A stretch of DNA of 64,000 nucleotides from Brevibacterium luteolum (GCF_013004595.1 NZ_JABEMC010000011.1:1-64000), one strand, 5' to 3'; shown: positions 27,954 to 38,481, numbered from the stretch's first letter. The notes: a model not told the origin generated them from the letters alone. Numbers and translations are program-made.

Positions 27954-28862
27954 GTGACACAGCGCCCCGCGGCCGACCCGAATGAGAAGTTCAGCGACTA
28001 CGCCCACGGCGAGAAGCTCGTGAGCACCGCCTGGGTCGCCGAACACCTCGGCGACGACGGACTTGTCATCGTCGAAAGCGACGAGGACGTCCTGCTCTAC
28101 GAGACCGGCCACATTCCCGGAGCCGTCAAGGTCGACTGGCACACCGAACTCAACGACCCCGTCACCCGCGACTACCTCGACGGCGAGGGCTTTGCCGCCC
28201 TCATGTCGAAGAAGGGCATCAGCCGCGAGGACACCGTCGTCATATACGGCGACAAGTCCAACTGGTGGGCCGCCTACGCGCTGTGGGTCTTCGAGCTCTT
28301 CGGCCACCCGGATGTGCGCCTCATGGATGGCGGGCGTGCGGCCTGGATCGCCTCCGGCGGTGAGATGACGACCGACGCCCCCAAGCGCGAGGCCACCGAA
28401 TACCCGGTCGTCGAGCGAGTCGACGCCGGCAGCCGCGCCTTCATGACCGATGTGCTCGACCACCTCGGCAAGCCGCTCATCGACGTGCGCTCGCCGGAGG
28501 AGTACACCGGTGCCCGCACCCACATGCCCGACTACCCCGAAGAGGGCGCCCTGCGCGGTGGGCACATCCCGACGGCCGCCTCGGTGCCGTGGGCGCGGGC
28601 GGCCAACGAGGACGGCACCTTCCGCTCCCGCGACGAACTCGAAGCGATCTACACCGACGAGGTCGGCCTCGACCGCAACGATGACATCATCGCCTACTGC
28701 CGGATCGGCGAGCGCTCCAGCCACACCTGGTTCGTGCTGCGCTACCTGCTCGGCTACGAGTCGGTGCGCAACTACGACGGCTCCTGGACCGAATGGGGCA
28801 ACGCCGTGCGCGTGCCGATCGTCAAGGGCGAAGACCGCGGGGAGGTGCCCGGACGCGCATGA
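27954..28862 (+). CDS. sseA: Tandem-rhodanese thiosulfate sulfurtransferase (SseA-like)
   Basis: [34 protein letters not shown]. Confidence 0.93.
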   Translation: MTQRPAADPNEKFSDYAHGEKLVSTAWVAEHLGDDGLVIVESDEDVLLYETGHIPGAVKVDWHTELNDPVTRDYLDGEGFAALMSKKGISREDTVVIYGDKSNWWAAYALWVFELFGHPDVRLMDGGRAAWIASGGEMTTDAPKREATEYPVVERVDAGSRAFMTDVLDHLGKPLIDVRSPEEYTGARTHMPDYPEEGALRGGHIPTAASVPWARAANEDGTFRSRDELEAIYTDEVGLDRNDDIIAYCRIGERSSHTWFVLRYLLGYESVRNYDGSWTEWGNAVRVPIVKGEDRGEVPGRA

Positions 28863-29332
28863 GCGAGAACCTTCCTGAGTCGCTGCAGGAGATCATCGAC
28901 GACTTCGCAGCCCTGGCCGAACCGGACAAGCTGCAGCTGCTGCTCGAATTCAGCAACGAGCTGCCCGGCCTGCCCGAGCGCTACGCCGACCACCCCGAGC
29001 TGCTCGAACCGGTCCCGGAGTGCCAGTCGCCGATCTTCCTCGTCACCGAAGTCGGCGACGGCGAGCAGGCCAGCACAGAGGCGCCGGCTGGCGAGGACGC
29101 TGAGGTGCGGCTGTTCTTCTCCGCCCCGCCCGAGGCGCCGACGACCCGCGGCTTCGCCGGCATCCTGCACGAGGGTCTCAATGGGCTCACGGCCAAGGAG
29201 ATCCTCGAGGTGCCCTCGGACCTGGCGCTCAAGCTCTCGCTCAACGACTCCGTCAGCCCGCTGCGGCTGCGCGGCATGTCCGGGATGCTCGCCCGCATCC
29301 AGCGGCAGGTCAAGGAGAAGGCGCTCGGCTGA
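28859..29332 (+). CDS. sufE: SufE family protein
   Basis: [31 protein letters not shown] overlap. Confidence 0.92.
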   Translation: MSENLPESLQEIIDDFAALAEPDKLQLLLEFSNELPGLPERYADHPELLEPVPECQSPIFLVTEVGDGEQASTEAPAGEDAEVRLFFSAPPEAPTTRGFAGILHEGLNGLTAKEILEVPSDLALKLSLNDSVSPLRLRGMSGMLARIQRQVKEKALG

Positions 29333-29399
29333 ACCCCGCAGGGCCCACCCGAGGGCCAGCGCCCGCAGTTGGCCGCAGCCGCTTGAGGCTGCACCTGGC

Positions 29400-31016
29400 T
29401 CAGCCGAGCAGTGCGCGCAGCGTGACGACGCCGACCGAGCCGATGAGCGCTGCCGCCGGCAGGGTGATGACCCAGGCCAGAGCGATCGGCTTCATGAGGT
29501 TCCAGTTCGCCGCTCGGTTGACCAGGCCGACGCCGAGCACCGCGCCGATGAGGATGTGTGTTGAGGACACCGGCAGGCCGAGCACCGACGCACCCATGAC
29601 GACACCGGCTGCGGCGAGCTCGGCGGCGAACCCGGAGGCCGGGTGCATCTTCGTCAGGCCCGTGCCGACGGTCTGGATGACCTTGCGGCCGACGAACCAC
29701 AGCCCGGCGATGAGCGCGACACCGGCAGTGACCATGATCGCCGCCGGCACCGCCGACTCCTCAGCCACCGACTGCGTTTTGAGCACATCGATGATCGCTG
29801 CGAACGGGCCGACGGCGTTGGCGATGTCATTCGAGCCGTGGGAGAACGCGAACGCCGAGGCGGTGAACACCTGCATCCAGCTGAAGAGCAGGAACGTCGA
29901 GCGTGACAGGTCGTGGTGGCGCAGCGTCTTGGCGAAGATGAACACCGCCATCCACACCGACGCACCGATCATGCCGAGGATGAGGTAGTTGCCGACACCG
30001 TCGATCGACAGGTCGAGGTTCTTCAGCCCCTTGAACAGCAGCATCGAGCCGATGATGATCGATCCGCCGGCAGCCAGCAGCGGCACCCACACCTGCAGCG
30101 CGCGGTGCGCATCGACCTGCTCGGCCTCCTGCTGCAGGTCGTACAGCTCCCGGTAGTAGTCGGATTCGAGCTCCTCGCGCTTGAAGTCCGGCAGGTTCAC
30201 CTGCGCGGCATCGCGGGCCATGACATTGGTGTAGGCGATCTGCTGCAGCTCCGTCAGCCGCTCAAACGACTGCTTGTGCCGGTTGCGCAGCTCTGCCCGG
30301 CTCACGCGCAGCTGGCGCAGCTTCTCATCGGCTTCCTCGTTGTAGACGAGGATGTGCTTCTTGATCCGGCCGAACAGCACGTAGGCGACGAGCCCGCCGA
30401 GCACGGGGGAGAGCACCCAGGAGATCGCGATCTGGCCGATCTGACCCCACTGCACCATCTCCAGTCCACCGGTGCCGGTGACGATGCCGAGGGTGACAGC
30501 CGCGCCGACGATGCCGCCGATGATCGAGTGCGTTGTCGAGACCGGCCAGCCCATCCGGGTGGCCACCAGCAGCCACACGGCCGCGCCGAGCAGTGCCGAC
30601 ATCATGATGAACACGAAGTCCATCGGGTCGACCTGCATCCCGCCGAGGTCGACGATGCCCGAGCGCACCGTATCGGTGACATCACCGCCGGCGAGCACCG
30701 CACCGGAGACCTCGAAGACGGCGGCGACCATGAGCGCCTGCTTCATCGTCAGCGTCCCAGCGCCGACACTCGTGCCGAACGAGTTGGCGACGTCATTGCC
30801 GCCGATGTTGAAGGCCATGAACATGCCGAAGATGATCGTGGTGATGAGCACGAGCCGGAACTGGGTCTGGCCGACATAGCCGAACGACCAGAACGTGAAG
30901 CCGATGAACGCTGCCGCCAGCAGCAGTCCGAACCAGATGTGCCACCACTTGTCGGGGCCGAGAAAACCTCGCGTCACCGGAGCATGTGCGCCGCGGGTCA
31001 TCGTATCGTCTGCCAT
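29400..31016 (-). CDS. pitA: Inorganic phosphate transporter (PiT family)
   Basis: [36 protein letters not shown] signatures. Confidence 0.93.
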   Translation of the reverse strand: MADDTMTRGAHAPVTRGFLGPDKWWHIWFGLLLAAAFIGFTFWSFGYVGQTQFRLVLITTIIFGMFMAFNIGGNDVANSFGTSVGAGTLTMKQALMVAAVFEVSGAVLAGGDVTDTVRSGIVDLGGMQVDPMDFVFIMMSALLGAAVWLLVATRMGWPVSTTHSIIGGIVGAAVTLGIVTGTGGLEMVQWGQIGQIAISWVLSPVLGGLVAYVLFGRIKKHILVYNEEADEKLRQLRVSRAELRNRHKQSFERLTELQQIAYTNVMARDAAQVNLPDFKREELESDYYRELYDLQQEAEQVDAHRALQVWVPLLAAGGSIIIGSMLLFKGLKNLDLSIDGVGNYLILGMIGASVWMAVFIFAKTLRHHDLSRSTFLLFSWMQVFTASAFAFSHGSNDIANAVGPFAAIIDVLKTQSVAEESAVPAAIMVTAGVALIAGLWFVGRKVIQTVGTGLTKMHPASGFAAELAAAGVVMGASVLGLPVSSTHILIGAVLGVGLVNRAANWNLMKPIALAWVITLPAAALIGSVGVVTLRALLG

Positions 31017-31020
31017 GATT

Positions 31021-31147
31021 CCTCCAGACACATAAGCGCTTGCTTTCACTGGATTGTCGGCACCACAGGTGGCCTGTGGCTGAATTCCAGAGGAGTTTTG
31101 GGCGTACTCTCGCCGTTCCCGAGGCGCCGGGCACCTGCCCAGTACGC
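31021..31147 (-). promoter_or_regulatory. Candidate structured 5' leader of the PiT gene
   Basis: Nested stems, plus an alternative pairing that overlaps the SD (see findings). Not matched to a known family. Confidence 0.4.
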
Positions 31148-31150
31148 GAA

Positions 31151-31169
31151 TGAGGTTGTCCTAACTACC
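31151..31169. promoter_or_regulatory. Putative DtxR/IdeR iron box
   Basis: TGAGGTTGTCCTAACTACC matches 12/19 positions of TTAGGTTAGCCTAACCTAA; lies just upstream of -10 TAGGGT (31177) of the siderophore-interacting gene. Confidence 0.5.
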
Positions 31170-31236
31170 GGTGGGGTAGGGTGGGGCCGTGGCCGCACCC
31201 GGCCAGATCCCTACATGCGAAAGGCAGGTTGCCGCA

Positions 31237-32070
31237 ATGGCGCCAGCGAAGAAGCGCACTCTGCGCCACGGCACCGTCACCTCCCGGCGGGGGCTCTCCG
31301 ATGAGCTCATCCGCCTCACCGTCACCAGCAGTGATCTCATCGGCCTCGACGTGCCGTACACCGACCATTACATCAAGTTGCTCTTCCCGCCCGCCGGTGC
31401 CGAGTACGCCTGGCCCGACGATGCCGCCGAGGTGCTCGAAGACCGCACCCGGCCCGATGCGCCGGTCACCCGCACCTACACGCTGCGCCGCGTCGACACG
31501 GAGACCGGGGAGGCGGAGATCGACTTCGTCATCCACGGTGAAGAGGGACTCGCCGGCCCCTGGGCCCGCGACGCTGAACCCGGTGACCGGTTCGCCTTCT
31601 TCGGTCCCGGCGGTGCCTGGGCGCCACCGGCCGGAGTGCACATCGTGCTCGCCGGCGATGAGTCGGCAGCCCCGGCGATCGCCGCCGCCCTCGATGCCCT
31701 GCCAGCCGGCACCTCGGCGACGGCCTTCATCGAGATCGCCCACCAGCGTGCCCGCTTCGAGATGCCCGAACCCGAAGACGCGACACTGCAGTGGGTCGCC
31801 CGCGACGGCGCGACACCGGGCACCGCGCTTGCCGCTGCCGTGCGCGACTTCACCCCGCCTGCAGGCGAGGTCGCCTATTTCATCCACGGCGTCGCTGAGA
31901 TGATCAAGGATCTGCGCCGGTTCCTCTTCGTCGAACGGGGAGTGGAGAAGTCCGCCGCCTCGATCTCCGGCTATTGGCGGCTGGGCATGACCGAGGACGA
32001 ATGGCAGTCCTCCAAGCGCGAGTTCGTTGCCGAGATGGAGGCCAGCGAACAAGCCGCCACCGGCAGCTGA
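31237..32070 (+). CDS. Siderophore-interacting protein (ViuB/SIP)
   Basis: TDHYIKL, TRTYT, DFVIHG, GPGG, AGDESA.PAI, SISGYWR.G. Alternative leaderless GTG start at 31189. Confidence 0.93.
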   Translation: MAPAKKRTLRHGTVTSRRGLSDELIRLTVTSSDLIGLDVPYTDHYIKLLFPPAGAEYAWPDDAAEVLEDRTRPDAPVTRTYTLRRVDTETGEAEIDFVIHGEEGLAGPWARDAEPGDRFAFFGPGGAWAPPAGVHIVLAGDESAAPAIAAALDALPAGTSATAFIEIAHQRARFEMPEPEDATLQWVARDGATPGTALAAAVRDFTPPAGEVAYFIHGVAEMIKDLRRFLFVERGVEKSAASISGYWRLGMTEDEWQSSKREFVAEMEASEQAATGS

Positions 32071-32190
32071 ATCCGGTGCCGCAGCCGTGTGTGGCGCCGG
32101 TCATATAAGGCAGGGGCAACTATTGTTGCGCGCCGATCCGAGATAATGTATAGACATATCCCCGTTGGTTCGCTGCAGAAAGGCATCGAC

Positions 32191-32853
32191 ATGTCCCTTC
32201 ACCTTGGAGACACCGCCCCTGACTTCACCAGCGAGACCTCGACGGGACCCATCGCGTTCCACGACTGGGCCGGTGACGAGTGGGTCGTGTTCTTCTCCCA
32301 CCCAGCCGACTTCACCCCTGTGTGCACCACCGAGCTCGGCCGCGTCTCCCAGCTGCAGGCCGAATGGGACAAGCGCGGCGTCAAGCCGATCGCGCTCTCG
32401 GTCGACACGAACGAGGAGCACGCCCAGTGGATCCCCGACATCAACGAGTACAACAACACCACCGTTGAATACCCGATCATCGCCGACCCGGACAAGAAGG
32501 TCGCCGAGCTCTACGACATGATCCACCCCGGCGAGGGCGACACCTCCTCGGTGCGCTCGGTGTTCGTCATCGACCCGGTTAAGAAGATCCGCCTGACGAT
32601 GACCTACCCGAAGTCCACCGGCCGCAACTTCGACGAGATTCTGCGCGTCATCGACGCCCTGCAGGAAGCCGACCGCGGCGAATGCGCCACCGGCGTCGAC
32701 TGGCAGCCCGGCGACAAGGTCATCGTGCCCCCGGAGGTGCCGACCGCTGAGGCGAAGGAGAAGTTCGACGACGTCGAGGAGCACTACTCCTACCTGCGCA
32801 CCGCCCGCGTCAAGGCCGACGCCGCTGGCACCGGCGCTGTCGGCTGCGGCTGA
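32191..32853 (+). CDS. 1-Cys (Prx6-type) peroxiredoxin
   Basis: FSHPADFTPVCTTELG, YP.STGRNFDEILRVIDALQ. Confidence 0.95.
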   Translation: MSLHLGDTAPDFTSETSTGPIAFHDWAGDEWVVFFSHPADFTPVCTTELGRVSQLQAEWDKRGVKPIALSVDTNEEHAQWIPDINEYNNTTVEYPIIADPDKKVAELYDMIHPGEGDTSSVRSVFVIDPVKKIRLTMTYPKSTGRNFDEILRVIDALQEADRGECATGVDWQPGDKVIVPPEVPTAEAKEKFDDVEEHYSYLRTARVKADAAGTGAVGCG

Positions 32854-32915
32854 CACCGCGCTGACGTGCGCATGACGGCTGACCGGCGCGCTCCGGTCAC
32901 CGGCTGCTGACTGTT

Positions 32916-32945
32916 CTGCGGCCCCGCCCACCGGCGGGGCCGCAG
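32916..32945. terminator. Hairpin between convergent prx and pcm
   Basis: CTGCGGCCCCGCC-cacc-GGCGGGGCCGCAG. Confidence 0.75.
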
Positions 32946-32966
32946 TCGTCTGCAGGCCGCGGAATC

Positions 32967-33557
32967 TCAGTCTCCGTGGGCCTCGCGGATGAGCGGGACG
33001 AAGGCGTAGCCGCCGTGTTCGGTGATGTGCACCTCGCCCTGGACGAGCTTCTTCACCCGCAGCATCGTCGAGCCGACCGGGATGACGAGGATGCCGCCGG
33101 GAACGAGCTGGTCGATGAGCTCTTCGGGCAGCTGGGTGGCGGCAGCCGAGACGAGGATCCGGTCGAAGGGCTCGGCATCCGGCAGTCCGAACACCCCGCC
33201 GGTCGCCTCGACGATCTCGACGGTGTCGATGTCTGCCAGCAGCTGCCGGGCGGTGTCGGCCAGCGCACTGATCCGCTCGACACCGGTGACAGAGCCCTCA
33301 CGCCCGACGAGCTCGGCGAGGATCGCGGTGCTCCAGCCGGTGCCGCAGCCGATGTCGAGGACCCGCATCCCCGGGTGGACCTGGAGCAGGTCCATCATCG
33401 CCACCACCGTGCTCGGCTGGGAGTTCGTCTGCCCGTAGCCGATCGGCACCGGCCGGTCCCACTGGCTGCTGCGGCGGTGCTGGGCAGGCAGGAACCGGGC
33501 GCGGTCGAGGCGCTCCATCACCTCGCGGATCTCCGATGGGCGGGCGGCTGCGGTCAT
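32967..33557 (-). CDS. pcm: Protein-L-isoaspartate O-methyltransferase
   Basis: IGYGQTNSQP, VLDIGCGTGW, PFDRILVSAA, GGILVIPVG, FVPL. Confidence 0.92.
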   Translation of the reverse strand: MTAAARPSEIREVMERLDRARFLPAQHRRSSQWDRPVPIGYGQTNSQPSTVVAMMDLLQVHPGMRVLDIGCGTGWSTAILAELVGREGSVTGVERISALADTARQLLADIDTVEIVEATGGVFGLPDAEPFDRILVSAAATQLPEELIDQLVPGGILVIPVGSTMLRVKKLVQGEVHITEHGGYAFVPLIREAHGD

Positions 33558-33613
33558 GTCCTCACTCCTTTGCTGCCACCAGTGTAGGAACCCTGCCTGT
33601 GTCCGGGCTGGCC

Positions 33614-34258
33614 TCAGCCGGCCAGGCACAGGGCAGCGTGGAACGGCTCCTCAGCTGCCACTGGTACGACGTCAGCGGGAACGGTGACGTCGCACAGGCA
33701 CATGCTGGCCCCCGCGCCCGAGGCGGTGGTGACGTCATCGGCGGCGAGATCGCGCAGCAGGCCGGTCCCGTAGGCCTTGAGGAGTGCCTCCTTGCGCACC
33801 CACAGCTGGGTGAACACGACAGCCTGCTCGGCGGGCTCAGCCTGGGCGATCGCCGCCTGTTCGGCCGGATGCAGCAGCGCCGCGACCTCGGTCGCGGTCT
33901 GCCGGGTGGCTCGCGCTTCGATGTCGACGCCGAGGCGGACATCGGCTGCCGCGATCGCCAGCAGACCTCCGGAACTGGCAAATGAGACGAAAGGGCCAGG
34001 CGCGCCGTCGACGAACAGCAGGGGAGCGCCGCACTCATCACTGTCCAGGTCCACGGACTCGACCGGCACCTGCAGCCAGCCGGCAAGCACCTGCCGGCTG
34101 ATCTGCATCCGCATCGCTGCCTCAGCAGAACCAGCCGATCGTCCCGGGGACGAGGACACGTCTGTCGTGCATGCGCTGAAGTCGGCGATCCACATGGGCA
34201 CATCGGGTCGGCGCGGGCACGGGACGGTGAGCCTGGTGACCCCAGGCGGCAGGTTCAT
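33614..34258 (-). CDS. Sfp-type 4'-phosphopantetheinyl transferase
   Basis: G.P, LGVDIE, LHPAE, WVRKEALLKAYGTGL; ATGA overlap with patatin. Confidence 0.88.
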   Translation of the reverse strand: MNLPPGVTRLTVPCPRRPDVPMWIADFSACTTDVSSSPGRSAGSAEAAMRMQISRQVLAGWLQVPVESVDLDSDECGAPLLFVDGAPGPFVSFASSGGLLAIAAADVRLGVDIEARATRQTATEVAALLHPAEQAAIAQAEPAEQAVVFTQLWVRKEALLKAYGTGLLRDLAADDVTTASGAGASMCLCDVTVPADVVPVAAEEPFHAALCLAG

Positions 34259-35178
34259 GAGCCGTCGAGACCGAGGAATTCGCGGATCGCCGGCATCTCG
34301 CGGCGCACCTGCGACAGGCCCATCCGGTGGGCTGCGGCGAGCTTCGAAAGATTGCGCTCGCCGTTGGACACCGGCATGATCTCCGGTGCGAAGACATACG
34401 CTTTGCCCTGGCGTTCGAGTTCGAAGACCTGCTCGCGCATCTCGTTGTAGCGCTTCCACCGGCCCAGCAGCGCATCGGCGACCGCCGGGTGCCGGCGGAA
34501 GTAGCTGCGGTAGAAGGCCGGGAACCGCTGCGGGGCCTTCTCATAGTCACGCTGCTGGGTCAGCACGATGAGGAACTTCTCGTAACCGGCCCGCTGGGCG
34601 GTCGGCAGCGGAATCCCGCCGTGCTCGGCGAGCGCACCGTCGACATAGGTGCGCTCGCCGATCGTCACCGGCGGCATCACCACCGGCATCGTCGACGATG
34701 CCTGGACGGCCGTCATCAGGTCGTGCATCTCATCGACATCGGCGCGCGACCAGATCCGCTCCTCACCGGATTCCACATCGACAGCCGCGATGGCGAACTC
34801 CGCCGGATTGGCCTCGAAGGTCTCCCAGTCGAACGGCAGCGCCTCATCCGGCTGCGAGGTGCCCTGGTAGATGTACTCGGAGTTGAACAGGCCCTGCCCG
34901 CGCAGGAACGTGCGCATATTGCCGAAGTTCGGGTCAGCGGAGAACTCGACGAAGCAGCGGCGGGCTCGCCACGGGTCATGCGAGAGGTAGTTCGCGGTGT
35001 TCGTCGCACCGGCGCTGATGCCTGCCACCCAGTCGAAGTAGATCTCCTCCTCGAGCAGGCGGATGACCATCGCCGACGTCAGCGCTGCGCGCATTCCGCC
35101 GCCTTCGAAGATGAGAGCCGTGTCGGTCACCGTGCTGTGCAGCTGAGCCGCGCCAGCTGTTGTGTCGTCTCCTGGCAT
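34255..35178 (-). CDS. Patatin-like phospholipase family protein
   Basis: EGGGMR, GISAG, ASSTMP, DGA motifs. Confidence 0.92.
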   Translation of the reverse strand: MPGDDTTAGAAQLHSTVTDTALIFEGGGMRAALTSAMVIRLLEEEIYFDWVAGISAGATNTANYLSHDPWRARRCFVEFSADPNFGNMRTFLRGQGLFNSEYIYQGTSQPDEALPFDWETFEANPAEFAIAAVDVESGEERIWSRADVDEMHDLMTAVQASSTMPVVMPPVTIGERTYVDGALAEHGGIPLPTAQRAGYEKFLIVLTQQRDYEKAPQRFPAFYRSYFRRHPAVADALLGRWKRYNEMREQVFELERQGKAYVFAPEIMPVSNGERNLSKLAAAHRMGLSQVRREMPAIREFLGLDGS

Positions 35179-35335
35179 GGCTCCAATCTACGACACCACG
35201 CGCCTCTTCGGGTGGGCTCAGGCCGTCCCGATTTCCGTGAGATCAGCCATGCCCGCACGCAGTCCTGTGCCGCAGACATCCATAGTGAAGCACAAGACAG
35301 CTTGCCGGATAGGTTCAGCAGGCTAGGCTCAGGAC

Positions 35336-36205
35336 ATGACCGAACGCCTGCCGCACCCGCTCACCGGCCAGCTCTTCGCCTCGCCGGTGCCTGCCGGCCA
35401 GGGCTGGCCGGAAGATCCTGCCAAGCGCAGCACCCCGGTGGCCCGCAGTGCTGAGGACGTCACCCGCCTGGCCGATCGTGCACGCACCCTGGCTGAGCTC
35501 GATGCCCGGGTGACGAAGTGCCGGGCCTGCCCGAGGCTCGTCGACTGGCGCGAATCGGTCGCACACGACAAGCGCGCATCCTTTGCCGGGGAGCCGTACT
35601 GGGGCAGGCCGGTCGCCTCGCTCGGGGACCCGGAGGCGTGGTTGGGCATCATCGGCCTCGCCCCGGCGGCCCACGGCGGGAACCGGACCGGGCGGATGTT
35701 CACCGGTGACCGGTCCGGCGACTGGGTCCATGCTGCGCTCTACCGGGCGGGCATGAACTCCCAGCCCGACTCGAAGGTGGCAGGCGACGGACTCGTCATG
35801 ACCGGCGCGCGCACGATCGCCCCGGTCCACTGCGCCCCGCCGGACAACAAACCCACCCCAGACGAACGGCACGCCTGTGCCGGGTGGCTGCGGCGCGAAC
35901 TCCAGCTCATCCCCACCCTCGAAATCCTCATCGCTCTCGGTGGGATCGCCTGGCAGGCGACCCTGTCCGGTGTGCGCGCCATGGGCTGGGATGTCCCGCG
36001 CCCCCAGCCGCGGTTCGGCCACGGCGCCGAGGCGGTCCTCACCCGGCCAGATGGTGTGGCGGTGCGGCTGCTCGGCAGCTATCATCCCAGCCAGCAGAAC
36101 ACCTTCACTGGCCGGTTGACGACTGACATGCTCGATGCGGTGTTTGCCCGGGCAAAGGTGATTCACCAGGTGAACACTGGTGAAACCCTGAGTCCCGACT
36201 CATGA
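35336..36205 (+). CDS. udgB: Uracil-DNA glycosylase family 5 (UdgB-like)
   Basis: CRACPRL, GLAPAAHGGNRTGRMFTGDRSG, CAPPDNKP, YHPSQQNT. Confidence 0.93.
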   Translation: MTERLPHPLTGQLFASPVPAGQGWPEDPAKRSTPVARSAEDVTRLADRARTLAELDARVTKCRACPRLVDWRESVAHDKRASFAGEPYWGRPVASLGDPEAWLGIIGLAPAAHGGNRTGRMFTGDRSGDWVHAALYRAGMNSQPDSKVAGDGLVMTGARTIAPVHCAPPDNKPTPDERHACAGWLRRELQLIPTLEILIALGGIAWQATLSGVRAMGWDVPRPQPRFGHGAEAVLTRPDGVAVRLLGSYHPSQQNTFTGRLTTDMLDAVFARAKVIHQVNTGETLSPDS

Positions 36206-36290
36206 GAGAACGTGCATAGGACGCCTGCCCGGTCGTAATCTGGAGGCAGGCAGTCGGATCGGCTGTCCGTCTCGCGAAAGGTTCACGATC

Positions 36291-37352
36291 GTGAAAGCTG
36301 CACGCTACTACGACAACCACGACATCCGCATCGAAGACATCCCCGAGCCGGAGCTCAAGCCCGGCACCGTCGCCATCGACGTCGCCTGGTGCGGCATCTG
36401 CGGAACCGATCTGCACGAGTACCTCGAAGGCCCGATTTTCGTCCCGCCCAAGGGCAGCCCGCACCCGATCTCAGGGGAAGAGGCTCCGGTGACGTTGGGC
36501 CACGAGTTCTCCGGCACGATCACCGCCCTCGGCGAGGGCGTCGACGACCTCACCGTCGGTGAGTCCGTCGTCGTTGAGCCCTACATCATCGCCGAAGGCG
36601 TCGACACCGGTGAGGGGTCGGACTACCAGCTGTCGCCGAATATGAACTTCATCGGCCTCGGTGGCCGGGGCGGTGGCCTGTCGGAGAAGATCGTCGTCGA
36701 ACGCCGCTGGGTGCACCCGGTCGGTGATATCCCGCTTGACCAGGCCGCGCTCATCGAACCGCTCTCGGTCGGCCATCACGCCTACGTCCGTTCGGATGCG
36801 AAGACCGGCGACGTCGCCATTGTCGGCGGTGCCGGGCCGATCGGCCTGCTGACCGCCGCCGTGCTCAAGGCCGAGGGCCTGACGGTCTACATCTCCGAGC
36901 TCTCCGAGGCCCGTAAGGCCAAGGCGCGTGAGACCGGTGTGGCCGATGAGATCTTCGACCCCCGTGAGGTCAACGTCGCCGACGAGGTCCGCAAGCGAAC
37001 CGACGGCCAGGGCGCAGACGTCGGCTTCGAGTGCTCCTCGGTACCAGCCGTCCTCGACATGCTGCTCGATGCAGTGCGTCCCGGTGCGGTCATCGTCAAC
37101 GTCTCGATCTGGGGCTTCAACCCCGAGGTCGCGATGTCGCAGCTCGTGCTCAAGGAGATCGACCTGCGCGGCACCATCGGCTATGCCAACGACCACCCAG
37201 CGACCATTGAGCTCGTGCGCTCCGGCAAGCTCGACCTCGCCCCGTTCATCACCGCGAAGATCCCGCTCGATGACCTCGTCGAGAAGGGCTTCGACCAGCT
37301 CATCAACAACAACGAACAGCATGTGAAGATCCTCGTCTACCCCAACACCTGA
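36291..37352 (+). CDS. 2,3-butanediol dehydrogenase (Zn-dependent MDR)
   Basis: CGICGTDLHEY..GP, LGHEFSG, EPLSVG.H, GAGPIG. Confidence 0.88.
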   Translation: MKAARYYDNHDIRIEDIPEPELKPGTVAIDVAWCGICGTDLHEYLEGPIFVPPKGSPHPISGEEAPVTLGHEFSGTITALGEGVDDLTVGESVVVEPYIIAEGVDTGEGSDYQLSPNMNFIGLGGRGGGLSEKIVVERRWVHPVGDIPLDQAALIEPLSVGHHAYVRSDAKTGDVAIVGGAGPIGLLTAAVLKAEGLTVYISELSEARKAKARETGVADEIFDPREVNVADEVRKRTDGQGADVGFECSSVPAVLDMLLDAVRPGAVIVNVSIWGFNPEVAMSQLVLKEIDLRGTIGYANDHPATIELVRSGKLDLAPFITAKIPLDDLVEKGFDQLINNNEQHVKILVYPNT

Positions 37353-37377
37353 CGCATTTTGCATCAGGCATCGACAC

Positions 37378-37413
37378 GGCCCGCCGCCTCAGGAAACTCT
37401 GAAGCGGCGGGCC
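37378..37413 (+). terminator. Stem-loop after the dehydrogenase gene
   Basis: GGCCCGCCGC...GCGGCGGGCC. Confidence 0.6.
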
Positions 37414-37455
37414 TACGATATTCGACGGACCATCTGCCGAGACTCCGAGGACCCT

Positions 37456-38481
37456 ATGTCGCATCAGGCCCACACCCCGCATGCCGGCCAGCCGCCGCGT
37501 GCCCCGCGCCGACCGTGGCACCTCGTGCCGCTCGACATGCTGCGGGGATTCCTCATCGGGTGCGCCGAGCTCGTCCCCGGCGTCTCCGGTGGCACGATCG
37601 CGCTGGTGACCGGCATCTACGACGAGCTCATCGGCTCGGCCTCCCATGTCATCTCCGCTGCCAAGAAGCTCGTCGTCGGACCCGACCGGATCAACGGGAT
37701 GATGACCGAGCTGCGCCGCACCCAGTGGATGCTCATCATCCCCGTGCTCATCGGCATGGCGACTGCCGTGCTCTCGATCGCGGGGGTGATGAAGGACTTC
37801 GTCGCCGCCTATCCCGAGCACTCCCGCGGACTGTTCTTCGGTCTCGTGCTCGTGAGCATCCTGGTCCCGCTGCGCATGCTTCCGGCCCGGCGACCGGGCC
37901 AGCATCGGGCCGTGGGCGTCATCATGTTCGTCCTAGCCGCCGCAGCCGCGTTCATCATGGTCGGCTTCGCCGGCGGCGGCAACGATGCCGACCCCTCGCT
38001 GATCGTCGTGTTCTTCGCTGCTGCCGTGGCGGTCTGCGCGCTTGTGATCCCCGGCGTGTCGGGATCGTTCTTCCTGCTGGCAGTGGGTCTGTACGCTACG
38101 ACGATGACAGCGATCAGCGAACGCGACCTCGGCTACATCGCGATCTTCGGCCTCGGCGCGGTCTTCGGTCTTGCCAGCTTCGTGAGCCTGCTGCGCTATC
38201 TGCTCACCCACCACAGGCGGGTGACCCTGCTCGTCATGGCCGGGCTGATGTTCGGTTCGCTGCGCGCCCTGTGGCCGTGGCAGAGCGACGGCACCCCGGA
38301 CGCCAGGGGTGAGACCCACGGTGTAGGCGCGCTCATCCTGCCGACCGCCCCGATCGCCGGGCCCGTGCTGCTGGCGCTCGCCGGTGCCGCCGCCGTGCTC
38401 ATCCTCATCCTCGTCGAATCCCGCTATTCGCCGGTCGGCCACGACGAGGAACTCGACGTCGAGCACAAGCCGGCACGCTGA
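37456..38481 (+). CDS. DUF368 membrane protein
   Basis: Twice-repeated PGVSG motif (AELVPGVSGGTIA; IPGVSGS) and multiple TM segments. The family is implicated in undecaprenyl-phosphate recycling. Confidence 0.92.
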   Translation: MSHQAHTPHAGQPPRAPRRPWHLVPLDMLRGFLIGCAELVPGVSGGTIALVTGIYDELIGSASHVISAAKKLVVGPDRINGMMTELRRTQWMLIIPVLIGMATAVLSIAGVMKDFVAAYPEHSRGLFFGLVLVSILVPLRMLPARRPGQHRAVGVIMFVLAAAAAFIMVGFAGGGNDADPSLIVVFFAAAVAVCALVIPGVSGSFFLLAVGLYATTMTAISERDLGYIAIFGLGAVFGLASFVSLLRYLLTHHRRVTLLVMAGLMFGSLRALWPWQSDGTPDARGETHGVGALILPTAPIAGPVLLALAGAAAVLILILVESRYSPVGHDEELDVEHKPAR

